Source: Antechinus flavipes (lineage: Eukaryota). From it: a stretch of DNA of 64,000 nucleotides. Positions 12,953 through 25,603 of this stretch are shown in pieces. The position numbers and the translations under genes were made by a program. Numbering within the stretch: the first letter of the stretch is position 1; each line of letters begins with the position of its first letter. The DNA is taken from assembly GCF_016432865.1 (NCBI RefSeq), contig NC_067400.1, positions 246,078,001 to 246,142,000 on the forward strand, in the 5' to 3' direction. The notes under the pieces were generated by a model. That model saw nothing but the letters and a program-made list of their open reading frames with translations, was not told the origin of the DNA and ran no database searches.

Positions 12953-13935
12953 ATATATATATATCAAATTACTTCAAGTCTAGAAGAGATACATTAATCC
13001 TATGTCAGTCAATACCCCCTACTTCTTCTCAATTTCTCCCCTCCTTTCAGGAGTAACAGTGAAAATCTTAGGTTAACAATATCAAGGACATCCATGACCC
13101 TTCACTATCAATGGAAATACATTTTAAGTTGAATAGACTTGTTTGCCCTATCTTCACATAACACTGTCATTGAAATACTACTTCCAATTACAAAGATTCC
13201 CACAGAGCACCTGTCCAAAAGACTCTCTAAACAGGTCTTCATGACTCAATCTTTTGTTCATCCCAATCTTCTTTCCACTCAGCAACCAAAAGGATTTTCC
13301 AAAGCCATTCTTCAGACTCTTCCATTCCTAGAATCTCTCAAAGTCCCAGGTCCCATACTTGTTATGTTGTAAACTGCTTTTTCTTCCCTGAGGATTGAAG
13401 TAGCTTCTATCTGGCATTTCACTATATTCTTTAACTGGCCCATTCCCAAATTGGCAGTCTTCATAACCTTTATTTCCCTTTCCCTGTTTTATGATCTTGC
13501 CAGTGCTAGCCCACCTTCTTTCATTCACACAATGCACAACATTTGCCTTCTGTTTACCTTTGTATAAACTGGCTGTCCACCCTGCCCAGAATACCCTCTT
13601 TCCTCCATCTTTCCCTTTGACTTTCTCTAGTCCATTACATTGGATGTATCATCCATAATACTGATTTGAAGCACATGGCCTTGCTTATTTACCCTAGTAC
13701 CCTCTGTCTCTGAGATCTTCCTGCATCAATTCTCCCAAAGGGAGGGACTCTGTGGACATTTTATAAAACCCAACCATGAGATTAGTAGTGGACCCAATAC
13801 AAAGAATGAGAAAGCGTTTTTTGCTTTATCTGCTTTTGAAATAGATATTGGGTAGATTCCATTAAAAGGTGCTCCATCATGATCAGAATAACCAATCTGA
13901 AATCTGTGTGAACTCTTCAGGCACTTGAGCCTCAA

Positions 13936-13956
13936 AATAATAATAATAATAATAAT
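13936..13956. repeat. (AAT)7 microsatellite
   Basis: Read directly from the sequence. Confidence 0.9.
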
Positions 13957-14398
13957 TTAGAGAGACAGAATTATATGGGTGTGATGAAGTATCGTTTGGT
14001 CAGGAAGATAAGTGTAATGGAAGAAGGTCAGTGACATCTGGGAGAATACTACCCAGGTAAGGTAGGACATCAATAATATTAATAGGATATCTTTAGCAAC
14101 ACTATAATTGTTGCATATTACAGGAATGAGATTTTGGCAGCATCTGCTCAGAAAAACAATGAAAGAAAAAGAAAAACATAAAAACAAAACCATAATGTGT
14201 TGATTGTGTTGTCAGGGATAAAACAATTGCAAGAATGTGATTTTACACTGACAATTTGGTTAATGGGATTTATGCAATTCTGTCCTGGGTCTGCCACACT
14301 TCCTGCTGGAAGGGTATAAAAGTTCCTGTGCAGATGGTACTATATGTATTCACAGAACTTACCCTAAACAACCATCCACTCAAGTGAATCCTGACACC

Positions 14399-14611
14399 AT
14401 GTGTTACTACGGTGCCTATTATGGAGGCCTGGGCTATGGCTATGGCTCTGGTTATGGCTGCGGATGTGGTTGCTTCCGTGGCCTAGGCTATGGCTATGGA
14501 GGCTGTGGCTATGGCGGCCTGGGTTACAATGGCTATGGTTACGGTGGCTATGGCTATGGATGTTGTCGCCCATCTTGCTGCGGAAGGTATTATTCTTATG
14601 GCTTCTATTGA
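14399..14611 (+). CDS. High Gly/Tyr keratin-associated protein, KRTAP20/19-like, 70 aa
   Basis: [10 protein letters not shown]...[38 protein letters not shown] 14315-14321; AATAAA 14920-14925. Confidence 0.93.
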   Translation: MCYYGAYYGGLGYGYGSGYGCGCGCFRGLGYGYGGCGYGGLGYNGYGYGGYGYGCCRPSCCGRYYSYGFY

Positions 14612-17600
14612 AAAACTACCTGCTGCTGGACTGTCAAGGAATCTTTGTCCCTCCCTGCTTTGGGCTAATCCCATTGCATTATAAGGATTTCACATTCTTT
14701 CTGTGTTAAAGCTTGGTGGTATGAGAAAGCTACCACAACAGGGTCTTAGAATCCTAATAGAGCCCTCAGGGCAGGGAAGTGGCAGGAATGAACAAGCAGC
14801 AGGACCCGTACTTCTGAAAACTGGTGCAGATTCTCACCTTACAAGGAAGACTCCTCCAACAACTCATTTCCAGCAAGTTGGCTCAGCTCTCATACACAAT
14901 TGTGGCTTTACAACTTTCTAATAAACTTGTATTCCTGGCTTAGTAAAACCGTTTTTATCTATCCTTCTTGAACTCTCTGTACTTGGGTTTCAGCCTTGGA
15001 AGATGTTTGGCCTTGATATGCTTATCTATGTTATTGCAGAAGATTTATTCTCCAATGCATTTTTGGCAACGAGTTGATACCTCCGAAAATTTCTATTCAG
15101 AAAATGCATTATTTCCACATAAAATGTCTTTTTCAAATCTGACTATTGAAGGACTTGTATTTTAGTCCATAATAATACCTATGCTCCACTTTACTGAAGG
15201 AATGACCTTTGTCTCCTATAAATTCCACATCTTTTCTCACATCCTGCCCATAAATGGGCAAGGATTTTATTTTCAGTTTTAGAAAGGTTCACATATTCTT
15301 AGTGTCATATTCATACTTTGTGACTTTCAAATCCAAAATGTTGCTGATGATTTCAGAATTGTCTTTCCAGTCATAGTCTAGAAAGCTAAATAAAGCAGTG
15401 AATTGATTCCTAGAATAAAGAAAATGAATCTTAGTAAGTTCAAATCTGTCCTCATACCTTAAATAGTTTGTGTGACCCTGAGAAAGCCAATTAACTTCAT
15501 TTATTTTTTTTCCTCATCTCTATCACTAGAGAAGGTTATGTTAAATGACTTCATTTTCATGGTTTGGATTAGCCTTCACAGAGGTTCTTTGGAAGAAATC
15601 AGAGCTTGACACTCCACCTGATGGATAAGCAATGATTACTAAATTTTTATTGCTTAAAATTTTGTTTCAGACACTGTGGGAAACACAAGAAATGCCAATA
15701 ACTATGGGTTTTTGACCTCCTGCTCTTTGTTCACTTCAGATGTATTTCCATTTCTCTACATTGCTCATAGGCATGACTGCATTGATAAAAAGCATCTTAA
15801 TTTCTACATTTCCACTAGCTTTTAGGGGGAAACATGCTCAGCAGCCTCTCTCTGTGGAGATCTTCCTAAAAATATCTCAAAATGGTTGATGAATCCTTTC
15901 TCAGGAAACATTCTTTGAAGTTCAATTCCATGAATACAAAGCCTTCAGTAAATGAGAAATTGGTCATCCCTTCTCAAACAAAGAATATTTTATTTTAGTT
16001 AGCAAATACAAAAATCAATATGGGTAGAATACTTTCTATGAATCTATGTTATCCTACTTTTTGAAAAACAGAAGGGGTGTGCTACTTACACTATGTGGTG
16101 ACCATTAAAATATCATAAGAAAGCTAAAACAAGTCCCTGGATATCTTCTAAACCCAAGAGTTCAAGTTCCTTGGTTTCAATTACTTAGGCCATGATCTGG
16201 AATTACTTTTCCCATGTAGTCTGGACTCCTGTGGATGCTTTTTAGCTTAGCCAAAGACCACCCATGTCTTGAGCACTGCTAATGACAAACAGACCAACAT
16301 TTCCATTCCCCGCCCCCCCCCATTCTAATCCCTTGTATCCCAAGATCACAGGAGGATTTCTGGGGCTAGCTCTTATTGAGCTACCTCTTCTTTTAAGTGC
16401 AGTTATAAGAGAATGAAGATGGGAGGAGAGGACACACTTATAGATGTGATCTGAGGTCATTGATCTCCTGGGCAACTAAAAAATTTCTGAGGATTTGTTC
16501 AACCTAAAAGTCAAAACCTCATTCTCTTCTCTCTACTAAACTTTCTCAATTATTGACCACCTCATTTACAATGGGGTCAGTTACTTTCTCATGCTGATAT
16601 AAAATAACCTAGCTCCAAGTCCATAATATTTCTCCTGAACCCATTGATTCAGCCAGCTATCAGGGGCTGCATTGCATATTCTAACCAAGCTCATATTCTC
16701 AGGATTGCCAAAACCACCACATTTAAGTAGACTTTTCCTTTTCTGTGGTTTATGGGATCTGTTCAGTGCTCTCCTTTCACTATCTTTGAAAGTCAATAAC
16801 TTCACATTTCTGAAACTCTACTTGAAGAGAAAGTGCTCTCTGCAAGATCTCCGGTGATGTGCTCCAGAATAAACTTGAAGATCTCTTCAATATTCCTGCT
16901 GTTTTTACACTTTGGCTTTGACACTGCTTTCCAGATGCCTTTTGTAGTTTTGCTATCACTGTTCTTCCTGACTGATCTTTCTTGGTATTCTTAACTAGTT
17001 CACCATCTTGTCTATATATATATGACTGGCTGAATCCTAAGCTTCTATCTCTTTTTCTTTTACATTTGTCCCCTGAAGAATGCAAGACAAAAATTTGCTT
17101 TCATTCCAAAGTTTCCAAGCCATTCCTTAGTCACTCACTGTCACAGAACCAGATCCAAAATGGCATTTCTGATAACTTGCAGACACATTATCAAGAGTCA
17201 TTATACACAATTTCAACTTGATAATCAATACATACCTCAAATCACTTTAATTCTAGGGAACATTTCCTCATCCTGTCTCATGAGAAGTCCCTACCTCTTC
17301 TCAATTTCTCTTCTCCTTTCAGAAGCAACAACATCAAGCCAAGATCTTAGTTTTATAATGCCAGAGACATCCCTGACCTAGCAATGCAAATATCTTTTTA
17401 ACTGAATAAACTTGTCTAGTCCACTTTCACAACATCAATGGCAAAAAGGAAACACTTTTTTCCAATCTTGATTAACATAGACAAGGTCCACACAACATTT
17501 TCTCTTAGTACCAGCCCCCCCCCATTGTCTTGTAAATTCCAATTGTTTTCCTTCTCGGATGATTGAGATAGATTTTATCTGGCTTTTCACTCTCTATAGT

Positions 17601-18149
17601 AGCTGGCCCATTCTCAAATTAGCAATCTTCATACCCTTTATTACCTACTTTGTATTTTATGGTCTTGCCAGTGTTAGCTTACCTTCCTTCATTAAGACAA
17701 TGCATGTCCTGTGTCTTTTGTTGGCCTTTGCACAGAGTGGCTGTCCACCCTGCCCAAAATACTCTTCTCTCTTCACTTCTCCCCTCTGACTTTTTTTTGT
17801 TCATTATATTCTCAGTTTGAAACCCACCTATTGCATATGGCCTTTTCCCCAAGTATAGTGTCCCTCTCTGACTCTGACTTCTCTCATCAACTATGTTTAA
17901 TGGCAGGTTCCTTGTGTTTACACATTCTCACTTGCCTTAAATCTTTAGAGCTGTCCTAGAATAGGGACTCTGTGGATATTTGTTATAACCCCAACCATGA
18001 GCCTAGAGGTTGACACAAGGCAAAAACTATCTGTTTTTGGAATGTGTGTTGGATATAGGGAGTCCATCAAGACAGTGTGCACCACAATCTCAATTCCAAT
18101 CTGAAATTTGTGTAAGCTCTTCTATCACTAGAGTGTCAAGAAGCACTAA

Positions 18150-18530
18150 TGTAAAGAGAAAAGATTCCATAGATATGATGAAGTGTCAGAAGCTAGACAG
18201 GCAAAAGTAATCAAGAAGGACAGTGAAATCTGGGAGAATGCTGCATGAAGCATAGGTAGGGCATCAATCACATTAACAACATAATTTTAGAAAATAATCT
18301 ATTCACAATTCAGGAATGAGATTGTAGTACAATCTTCTATGGAAAAAAAGAATCAAAAAGAAAAAAAATATTAAGGTGTTGATGGCGTTGTCAGAGATGA
18401 ATTGCAAAAATGTGATTTTACCCATGGGAATTTGGTTAATGGGAATTATGCATTTCTGGCCTGAGTCTGGCACACTTCCTACTGCCATAAAAATTCCTGT
18501 GCAGATGGTGCCTTACATACTCACAGAACC
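18150..18530 (+). pseudogene. KRTAP relic: promoter and part of 5'UTR only (CDS and about 3 kb downstream missing)
   Basis: Promoter motifs ttggttaatggg, cacacttcct, cataaaaattcctgtgcagatggtgcc and 5'UTR ctcacagaacc run straight into pre-CT-tract spacer sequence cactctttcctgggtgtgct. Confidence 0.75.
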
Positions 18531-18564
18531 CACTCTTTCCTGGGTGTGCTAGACCCTGCTCTTC

Positions 18565-18736
18565 NNNNNNNNNNNNNNNNNNNNNNNNNNNNNNNNNNNN
18601 NNNNNNNNNNNNNNNNNNNNNNNNNNNNNNNNNNNNNNNNNNNNNNNNNNNNNNNNNNNNNNNNNNNNNNNNNNNNNNNNNNNNNNNNNNNNNNNNNNNN
18701 NNNNNNNNNNNNNNNNNNNNNNNNNNNNNNNNNNNN
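18565..18736. other. Assembly gap (172 N)
   Basis: N run at the CT tract. Confidence 1.
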
Positions 18737-18905
18737 CTTTTCCTTCTCCTCCTTCTCTTCCTCCTTCTCCTCCTTTTCCTTCTCCTCCTTCTCTTCCTCC
18801 TCCTCTTCCTCCTCCTCCTCTTTTTCCTCCCCCTCTTCCTCTTTCTTCTCTGTCTCCTCCTCCTCCCCATGCCCCTCCTCAATCCTCCCTTTTTCTCCTC
18901 CCCTT
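18737..18905. repeat. Polypyrimidine (CT/CCT/CTT) low-complexity tract
   Basis: Nearly pure C/T on the + strand. Confidence 0.9.
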
Positions 18906-20042
18906 TCTCTATTGCAACCCCTACCCAAACTTTTCCCCTCACCTGCTCAATGGATTTTCCAGACTCTTTCTCCTCTAGGACTTTTGAAAATCCCAGGCTC
19001 CATGCTTGTTATCTTGTCAACTCCAATTACCTTTCCTTTTCTGATGATTTAAAGATATAGCTTCTGTTTTGCATTTCACCCAATTCTTTAGCAGGCCAAT
19101 TATAAAATTGGTAGTCTTCAAACTTTTTTATTTATATTCCTTAATTTCATGGTCTTCCTAGTGTTAGCTAACATTCCTTCATTCATATTTTGAATGGCAT
19201 ATGTCTTCTATTTGTCTTTGCACAGACTGGCATTCCAGCCTGCCCAGAGAACTCTCTTCTCTCCTAAAATCCCCTCTGACTTTTCCTAGTCCACTATACT
19301 CTCAGTTTGAAACTCACCAGTGGTACATGGGCTTGCTCACTCCTCCAAGTATCCAGTGCCTCTAAAATCTTTTCTCATAAACTCTCCCGTTTGTGGCAGG
19401 TTCCTCTATGTTTACATGTTCTCACTAGTCTTAGGTCCTTAGAACTTCCCAAGGAAAAGCACTCTGGACATTTTGTAAATCCCCAATCTTTACCTCATGG
19501 CAGGAACAGTGCAAAAACCAGGGAGGTGGATGAATTCCATCAAGAAAATCTCCTCCACAATCTCAACTGGAATCTGAAATTTGTGAGAACTCTTCTGTCA
19601 TTGGAGTATCAAAAACCATTAATTTACAGAAAGGATTTCATAGGAGTGATGAAGAATTAGATAGCAAGGGAACCATGTATAATAGAAGGAGGATGGTGAC
19701 ATTTTGGAGAGCAATGCCATGAAGCTTTAGCATACCTTTGGCATCTTCATAATTGTTTCACATTATAAGAATGAGATTGTGGCAGAACCTTCTCAGAAAA
19801 ACAATGAATCAAGAGGGAAAAACAAAAACAAAACATTAAGGAGTTGGCAGTGGTGTCAGAAAGCAAACAATTGCAAGAATGTGATTTTACCCAGGCAATT
19901 TGGTTAATGGTAGTAATGAAATCCCAGACTATCTCTGTCACATTTCCTGCTCAAAGGGTATAAAAGTTCCCATGCAGATGTTGCCTTATATATTCAAAGA
20001 CCCTATCCTGATAATTCATCCACCCAAGTGAATCCTGACACC

Positions 20043-20294
20043 ATGTGCTACTACGGCGGCTACTATGGAGGCCTGGGCTATGGTTATGGCTCTGGTTATG
20101 GCTGTGGATGTGGCTGCTTCCGTGGCCTAGGCTATGGAGGCTATGGCTGTGGGGGCTGTGGCTATGGAGGCCTGGGCTATGGAGGCTATGGCTGTGGAGG
20201 CTGTGGCTATGGAGGCCTGGGCTATGGAGGCTATGGCTATGGCTGCTGCCGTCCATCTTGCTGTGGAAGGTATTATTCTTATGGCTTCTATTGA
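20043..20294 (+). CDS. High Gly/Tyr keratin-associated protein, KRTAP20/19-like, 83 aa
   Basis: Two copies of the 15-aa module [22 protein letters not shown] 19959-19965; AATAAA 20570-20575. Confidence 0.92.
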   Translation: MCYYGGYYGGLGYGYGSGYGCGCGCFRGLGYGGYGCGGCGYGGLGYGGYGCGGCGYGGLGYGGYGYGCCRPSCCGRYYSYGFY

Positions 20295-21043
20295 AAAACC
20301 TCTTGTTGTCAAGGAATCTGTAGTCCTGAAAGGACATCCTCTTCCATATGCATCTGCAATTAAGCTATATGAGAAAGCTACCACAGCAAGGTCTAGTAAT
20401 CCCCATGTCACAATTAGCCAAGGAAGTGACAAGAAACAAGAAACAGCAGGACCCATCCTTCTGGGGAATGATGCAGACTTTCATCTGTCATGAGGGAGAC
20501 TCCTCCAGCAACTCTTTTCCAGCAAGTTGGCTCACCAATCATATACTATTATGTCTTTTAAGACTTTGCAATAAACTTGTTTTCTTTGCTTATCAAAGTT
20601 GTTTTTACTTGTCCTGCTTAATTTCCATCTCCTTGGGTTTCAGCTTCTCATCATGAAAAGATTTTTAACCTTGATGTGCTTATCTGTCATTGCAGAAGAT
20701 TTGCTCTCTAATGCATTTTAGCTACAAGCTGATACCTCTGAAAATGTCTGTTCAAAAAAAACATTATTTCTATATAATATGTCTTTATCAAATTTGACTA
20801 TTGCAGTACTTACATTTTAGTCCATTAAAATATGTATGCCACATTTCACTAACAGAATGCCCTATAAGCTCATTCCCTTCTCTCACATTGCGCCCATAAA
20901 TGGAGAGGGCTTTTATTAATGCCAAAATTTTCAGTTTTCAAAACCTTTCACATGTTTTTGGTATCTTATTCGTGGTTTGTAAATTCTTAATCCAAGTTGT
21001 CCCTGTTGATTTCAAAATAGTCTTCCCTGTCTTAATTTGGAAA

Positions 21044-21295
21044 GAGCTAGATGAAACAGGGGTTTGAGTGCTGGAAAGAATCAATCATCTTCATGTATTG
21101 AAATCTGTCCTCATGCCCTAAGTAGTTTATACGACCCTGGGCAAGTCATTTAACATTTATTTATCTCTGTTTCTTCATCTATATAATGAAATGAAGAAGG
21201 TTATGGCAAATGACTTCCCTTTTTTTTTTTAACCATGATATTCGCAAATGCAATGACTATGATTCAGAAAACAGATAAAAATGACTGAACAACAA
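21044..21295 (+). mobile_element. Decayed MAR1/CORE-type SINE (paralog)
   Basis: gaccctgggcaagtcatttaac...atggcaaatgac...atgactgaacaacaa. Confidence 0.65.
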
Positions 21296-22311
21296 TACCC
21301 TTATCTAGCTGTCTTTTATCACTTTTTTCTCCAAGAAATATCAAGATCTGTAGCACAGTACAAGTTAATAGCACACCACAATAATCTCAGGAAAAAAGTT
21401 GTATACATAGCCTAAATACTGTCAATTAACTCTGCACTTTCAGTGATCTGAATCTCTAGTAACCAGCTACACATCCTGTCCAACTCAAAAACTGTCATTG
21501 ACCTGAAGCTTTTCTTACATGGGGGCAATGGACACAAGATAGCAAAGATGTCCTGCATAACCAAAAAACAAAAGTCCACAACATCAAGTCCTTGACAGGA
21601 CTTCAGAACATAGAAGAGCTTGATATTCCTCTGGGTACATAAGGCAGTGCTTGCTAAACTTTGTTAAGTTTTTGTATTCCCACTGGTTTTTAGATGGAAA
21701 TGAGCTCAGCAGCCTCACTCAGTTGAGTTTGTTCTACAAAATGATTCCAAAAGTTTGAGCAATCCATTTTCAGGAAATATTATATTAAGGTCAATTACAT
21801 GGATACAAAGCTTTTTAGTAAAATGGAAATTTTCTCTTTCTCACCCATAATTAAGCAAGGCATATTTTATTTTGCTTAGCAAATACAAAAATCAGTTAAT
21901 TGGGGCAGAATGCTTTCTCTAAATCATTATTAACTTCCTTTTTGACACACAGAAATGGTGTACTATTTACATTATGTGATGGCCATAAAACACCTTAAAG
22001 CAACTAGGATAAGTCCCTGAATATCATCTAAACCCCAAAGTCCATGTTTTAAGAATTAAGTCATTTTCGATGTTAATCTGGAGGAACTTCAACCATGTGA
22101 TCAGCTTAGTCAAAAACCATCCATGTGCTGAACAGTGCTGTTTATACACAAACCCAATACTTCCATCTCCCTGAACTCCAATGCCCTGTATTTCACTTCA
22201 TGAAATCTCAAGGTCGCAGTAGGATTTCTGATTGTCAAGTGACATCTTATTGGGTTATTTTGTGCTTTGGGATGCAGTTGTAAGAGGACTAAAATCTGGG
22301 GGAAGAGATGA

Positions 22312-22680
22312 TGTAAATTCTGGGCTAGCTTCCTGGAGGCCTCAGGGTCATTCAAAGTCAGAATAAGCAAAAGCCCTTTGGGAGAAGAATGAAGGAGATG
22401 GACAAAATTGACAGGAGTTTTGCCAAAGATTTAGAGTCCAGAATCTCCACACTTTTCTCCTCTCCATCCTGCAACCAAGGGAAGTCTGGTTTGGCTCACT
22501 CCACCCTCTAATCCCTCCTACGATTATCTGTATATACCAAAAGATGGAGCCAGCACAGAATAGTGAGAAGGGCCATTTCCCCAAATATATGCTAATAGAG
22601 TTATTGCCCAATAGGTAATTAGCCTTAAGTGCTTGGTTGTCTGATTCAAGCACACCTTTTAAGAGTTTCAGCCCTTTACA
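22312..22680 (-). mobile_element. Solo ERV LTR, 369 bp
   Basis: TGTAAA...TTTACA termini, flanked by agatga / agatgg (6-bp TSD with one mismatch). Absent at this site in other units (gagatgacacat). Orientation is tentative. Confidence 0.8.
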
Positions 22681-23261
22681 AGATGGCACACATCTGGATG
22701 CCCAACAGATTTGAATTCATTTTCTTCTGGACAACTGAAGAATTTCTGAAGAGCTGCTTAACCTGAGAATCAAAACCTTATTCTCTTCTCCCTGCCACAC
22801 CTTCTCATTTGGTATACAACTTATTTACTATGGACTCAGTTACTTGGCAGCTTATGTCAAAAAAGTTTGACATAAAATAATCCAGTTCCAGCTCCACTTC
22901 CAGAACAGTATTTCTTCTAAATTCACTTAATTAACAAGCTATTAATGGTTTGAAAATATGATCTTACCAATCTCATATTGTCAGCACTGACCAGGATTGC
23001 CATATTTAAATACATATTGCATGTATTGTGATTTGTGGAAACTACTCAGGATTTGTAGCTACTCTCTTTTCACTGCCTCGGAAAGTCCATCACATTCTTG
23101 ACTCTCATCTTCAAAAGAAACTGCTCTCTGCAAGTTGTCCAGTGATGTCCTGCTGAGTAAACCAAAAGTCCACTTGAAACTTTCCTACTGTTTTATTATC
23201 CCTTGCCTTTGAGAATGGCCAATTACTCTTCTTATATGAGCCTGACCCTGCTCCTCCTGCC

Positions 23262-23578
23262 TTATTGTTCTGTCTTCTTATTTTTGTCTTCTTCTTGTCC
23301 TTTTTGTTGTTCTTGATCTTATCCTTATTCTTCTTATTTTTGTTCTTCTACTTGTTCAAATTTTTCTTCTTCTTTCTCCTCCTCTACATTCATCTCNNNN
23401 NNNNNNNNNNNNNNNNNNNNNNNNNNNNNNNNNNNNNNNNNNNNNNNNNNNNNNNNNNNNNNNNNNNNNNNNNNNNNNNNNNNNNNNNNNNNNNNNNNNN
23501 NNNNNNNNNNNNNNNNNNNNNNNNNNNNNNNNNNNNNNNNNNNNNNNNNNNTTCTCTTTTTTCTTGTCCTTCTGTACC
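23262..23578. repeat. CT-rich (TTC/TTG) tract spanning an N-gap
   Basis: ttcttg/ttcttc repeats on both sides of gap 23397-23551. Confidence 0.85.
23397..23551. other. Assembly gap (155 N)
   Basis: N run at the CT tract. Confidence 1.
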
Positions 23579-25309
23579 AAATTGGCATTTCATATAAAAT
23601 GTTTAGACTAAAGTCCAAGCTTCTGTCTCTATTTTTCTTTAACTCATGCTATCTAAAATAAGAGAGAAAAATCTCCCATTCCAAAGTTTACAAGTCAGTT
23701 CTTTGGACACTCACTAACAAAGATCCAGATCCACAATAATATCTCTTTAAGATCCAGATGCGCATTATCAAAAATCAAAATAAAAAATTTCATCTTGATA
23801 ACAAATACAAATGTCTAGAACAGATTTCCTCATAGTTTCTTATTGCAAAGCTTCCTATCTCCCTTCACTTTCTCTCCTCCTTTCAGGAGCACAAATATCT
23901 AACCAGGTTTGTAGGTTTACAGTTACAGAGACAAACTTGTCCCTCCAATTCCAGTGCAAATATCCCTGTAATTGAACAAATTTGTCTGCCCTACATTTAC
24001 AACATTACTGGCATTGAAATAATTCTTTCCAATCATAAAGACTCCCATTTAGACAAGGTCCATGTAGCAACTCTCTAAAAGAGTTTATGATTGATCTCAT
24101 TCATTCAATTTTTTGCTCATCCAGATCCACTTTTCACTCAGCTGCCAAAAGATTTCTCCAAATGCACTGCTCAGATTCTTCTTCCTCTAGGACTCTTGAA
24201 AGGCCTAGGATCTCTTGTTGTCTTGTAAACTCCAATTACTTTTCCTTTTCTGATAATTTAAAGATATAGCTTCTATCTGACACTTAGCTCTCTTCTCTGA
24301 CTGGCTCATTCCAAAATTGGTAGTCTTCATACATTTTTATTTTTATTCCTTAATTTCACAGTCTTCCTAGTGTTAGCTAACATTCCCTCATTCAGATTAT
24401 GGATGGCATGTGTCTTCTATTTGTCTTTGCACAGACTGGCAGTCCAGTCTGTCCAGAAAATTCTCCTCTCTCCTAACTTCCCCTCTGACATTTGCTAGTC
24501 CATTATACTCTCAATTTGAAACCCACCCATGGTACATGGGCTTGCTCACTTCTCCCAAGTATCCAGTGCCTCTGTCTCTAAGATCTTCTTCCATCAACTC
24601 TCCATGGTCATGGTAGTTCCCTCTGTGTTTATATGTTCTCTCTAGTCTTAGGACTTTAAAGCCCCACAAGGAGAAGGACCTTGTTGCCATTGCTTATATT
24701 CCCAAAATGATGTTACTGGAGAACACAGTGCAAAAACAGGGGAGGTAATTTTTGCTTTATCTGCTTTTGGAATAAATGTTGGGTGAATGGACTCCTTCAA
24801 GAAAATCTTCACCATAATCTCATCTCAAATGGGAAATTTGTATGAAGACTTCTGTCATTGGAGTCTCAAAAATCATTAATTTAGAGAAAGGATTTTATAG
24901 CTGTAATGAATAATCAAACAGTGAAGGAACAATGTATAATGGAAGGAGGATGGTGACATTTTGGACAGTGATGCCATGAATCTTTTGTAGGGCATATGTC
25001 ATATCCTTTGGCATACCTTTGACAACATAATTGTTTCACATTATAGGAATGACATTATGGCAGAAAAGCAATGAATCAAGAGAAAAACAAAAACAAAACA
25101 TTAAGGAGCTGGTTGGTGGTGGTGTCAGAAACCAAAGAATTGTAAGAATGCAATTTTACCCAGGTAATTTGGTTAATGGAAATGATGAAATCCTGGCCTG
25201 ACTCTGCCACATTTCCTGATTGAAGGGTATAAAAGTTGCTATGCAGATGGTGCCATACATACTCAAACCCTATCCTAAAAACCCATCCACCCAAGTGAAT
25301 CCTGACACC

Positions 25310-25603
25310 ATGTGCTACAATGGCGGCTGCTATGGGGGCTTTGGCTATGGCTATGGCTCTGGTTATGGCTGTGGATGTGGCAGCTTCCGTGGCCTAGGCT
25401 ATGGCTGTGGAGGTTGTGGCTATAGAGGCTATGGCTATGGAGGTTATGGCTGTGGAGGCTGTGGCTATGGAGGCCTGAGGTATGGAGGATATGGCTGTGG
25501 CTGTGGAGGCTGTGGCTATGGAGGCCTGGGCTATGGAGGCTATGGCTATGGCTGCTGCCGTCCATCTTGCTGTGGAAGGTATTCTTCTTATGGCTTCTAC
25601 TGA
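25310..25603 (+). CDS. High Gly/Tyr keratin-associated protein, KRTAP20/19-like, 97 aa (longest copy)
   Basis: [14 protein letters not shown]...[23 protein letters not shown] 25228-25234; AATAAA 25886-25891. Confidence 0.9.
   Translation: MCYNGGCYGGFGYGYGSGYGCGCGSFRGLGYGCGGCGYRGYGYGGYGCGGCGYGGLRYGGYGCGCGGCGYGGLGYGGYGYGCCRPSCCGRYSSYGFY

Noticed and set aside
22348-22689. 113-aa minus-strand ORF
   Set aside because: Runs through the solo LTR with no recognisable gag/pol/env motif; treated as a chance ORF.
25220-25309. N-terminal extensions from upstream GTG/TTG/ATG (also 44763, 48486, 58235 and the GTG 15 nt before most ATGs)
   Set aside because: The longer ones start at or before the TATA box, upstream of the expected TSS. 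The GTG has weak context and is deleted in copy 44859. gacaccATG is the conserved start.
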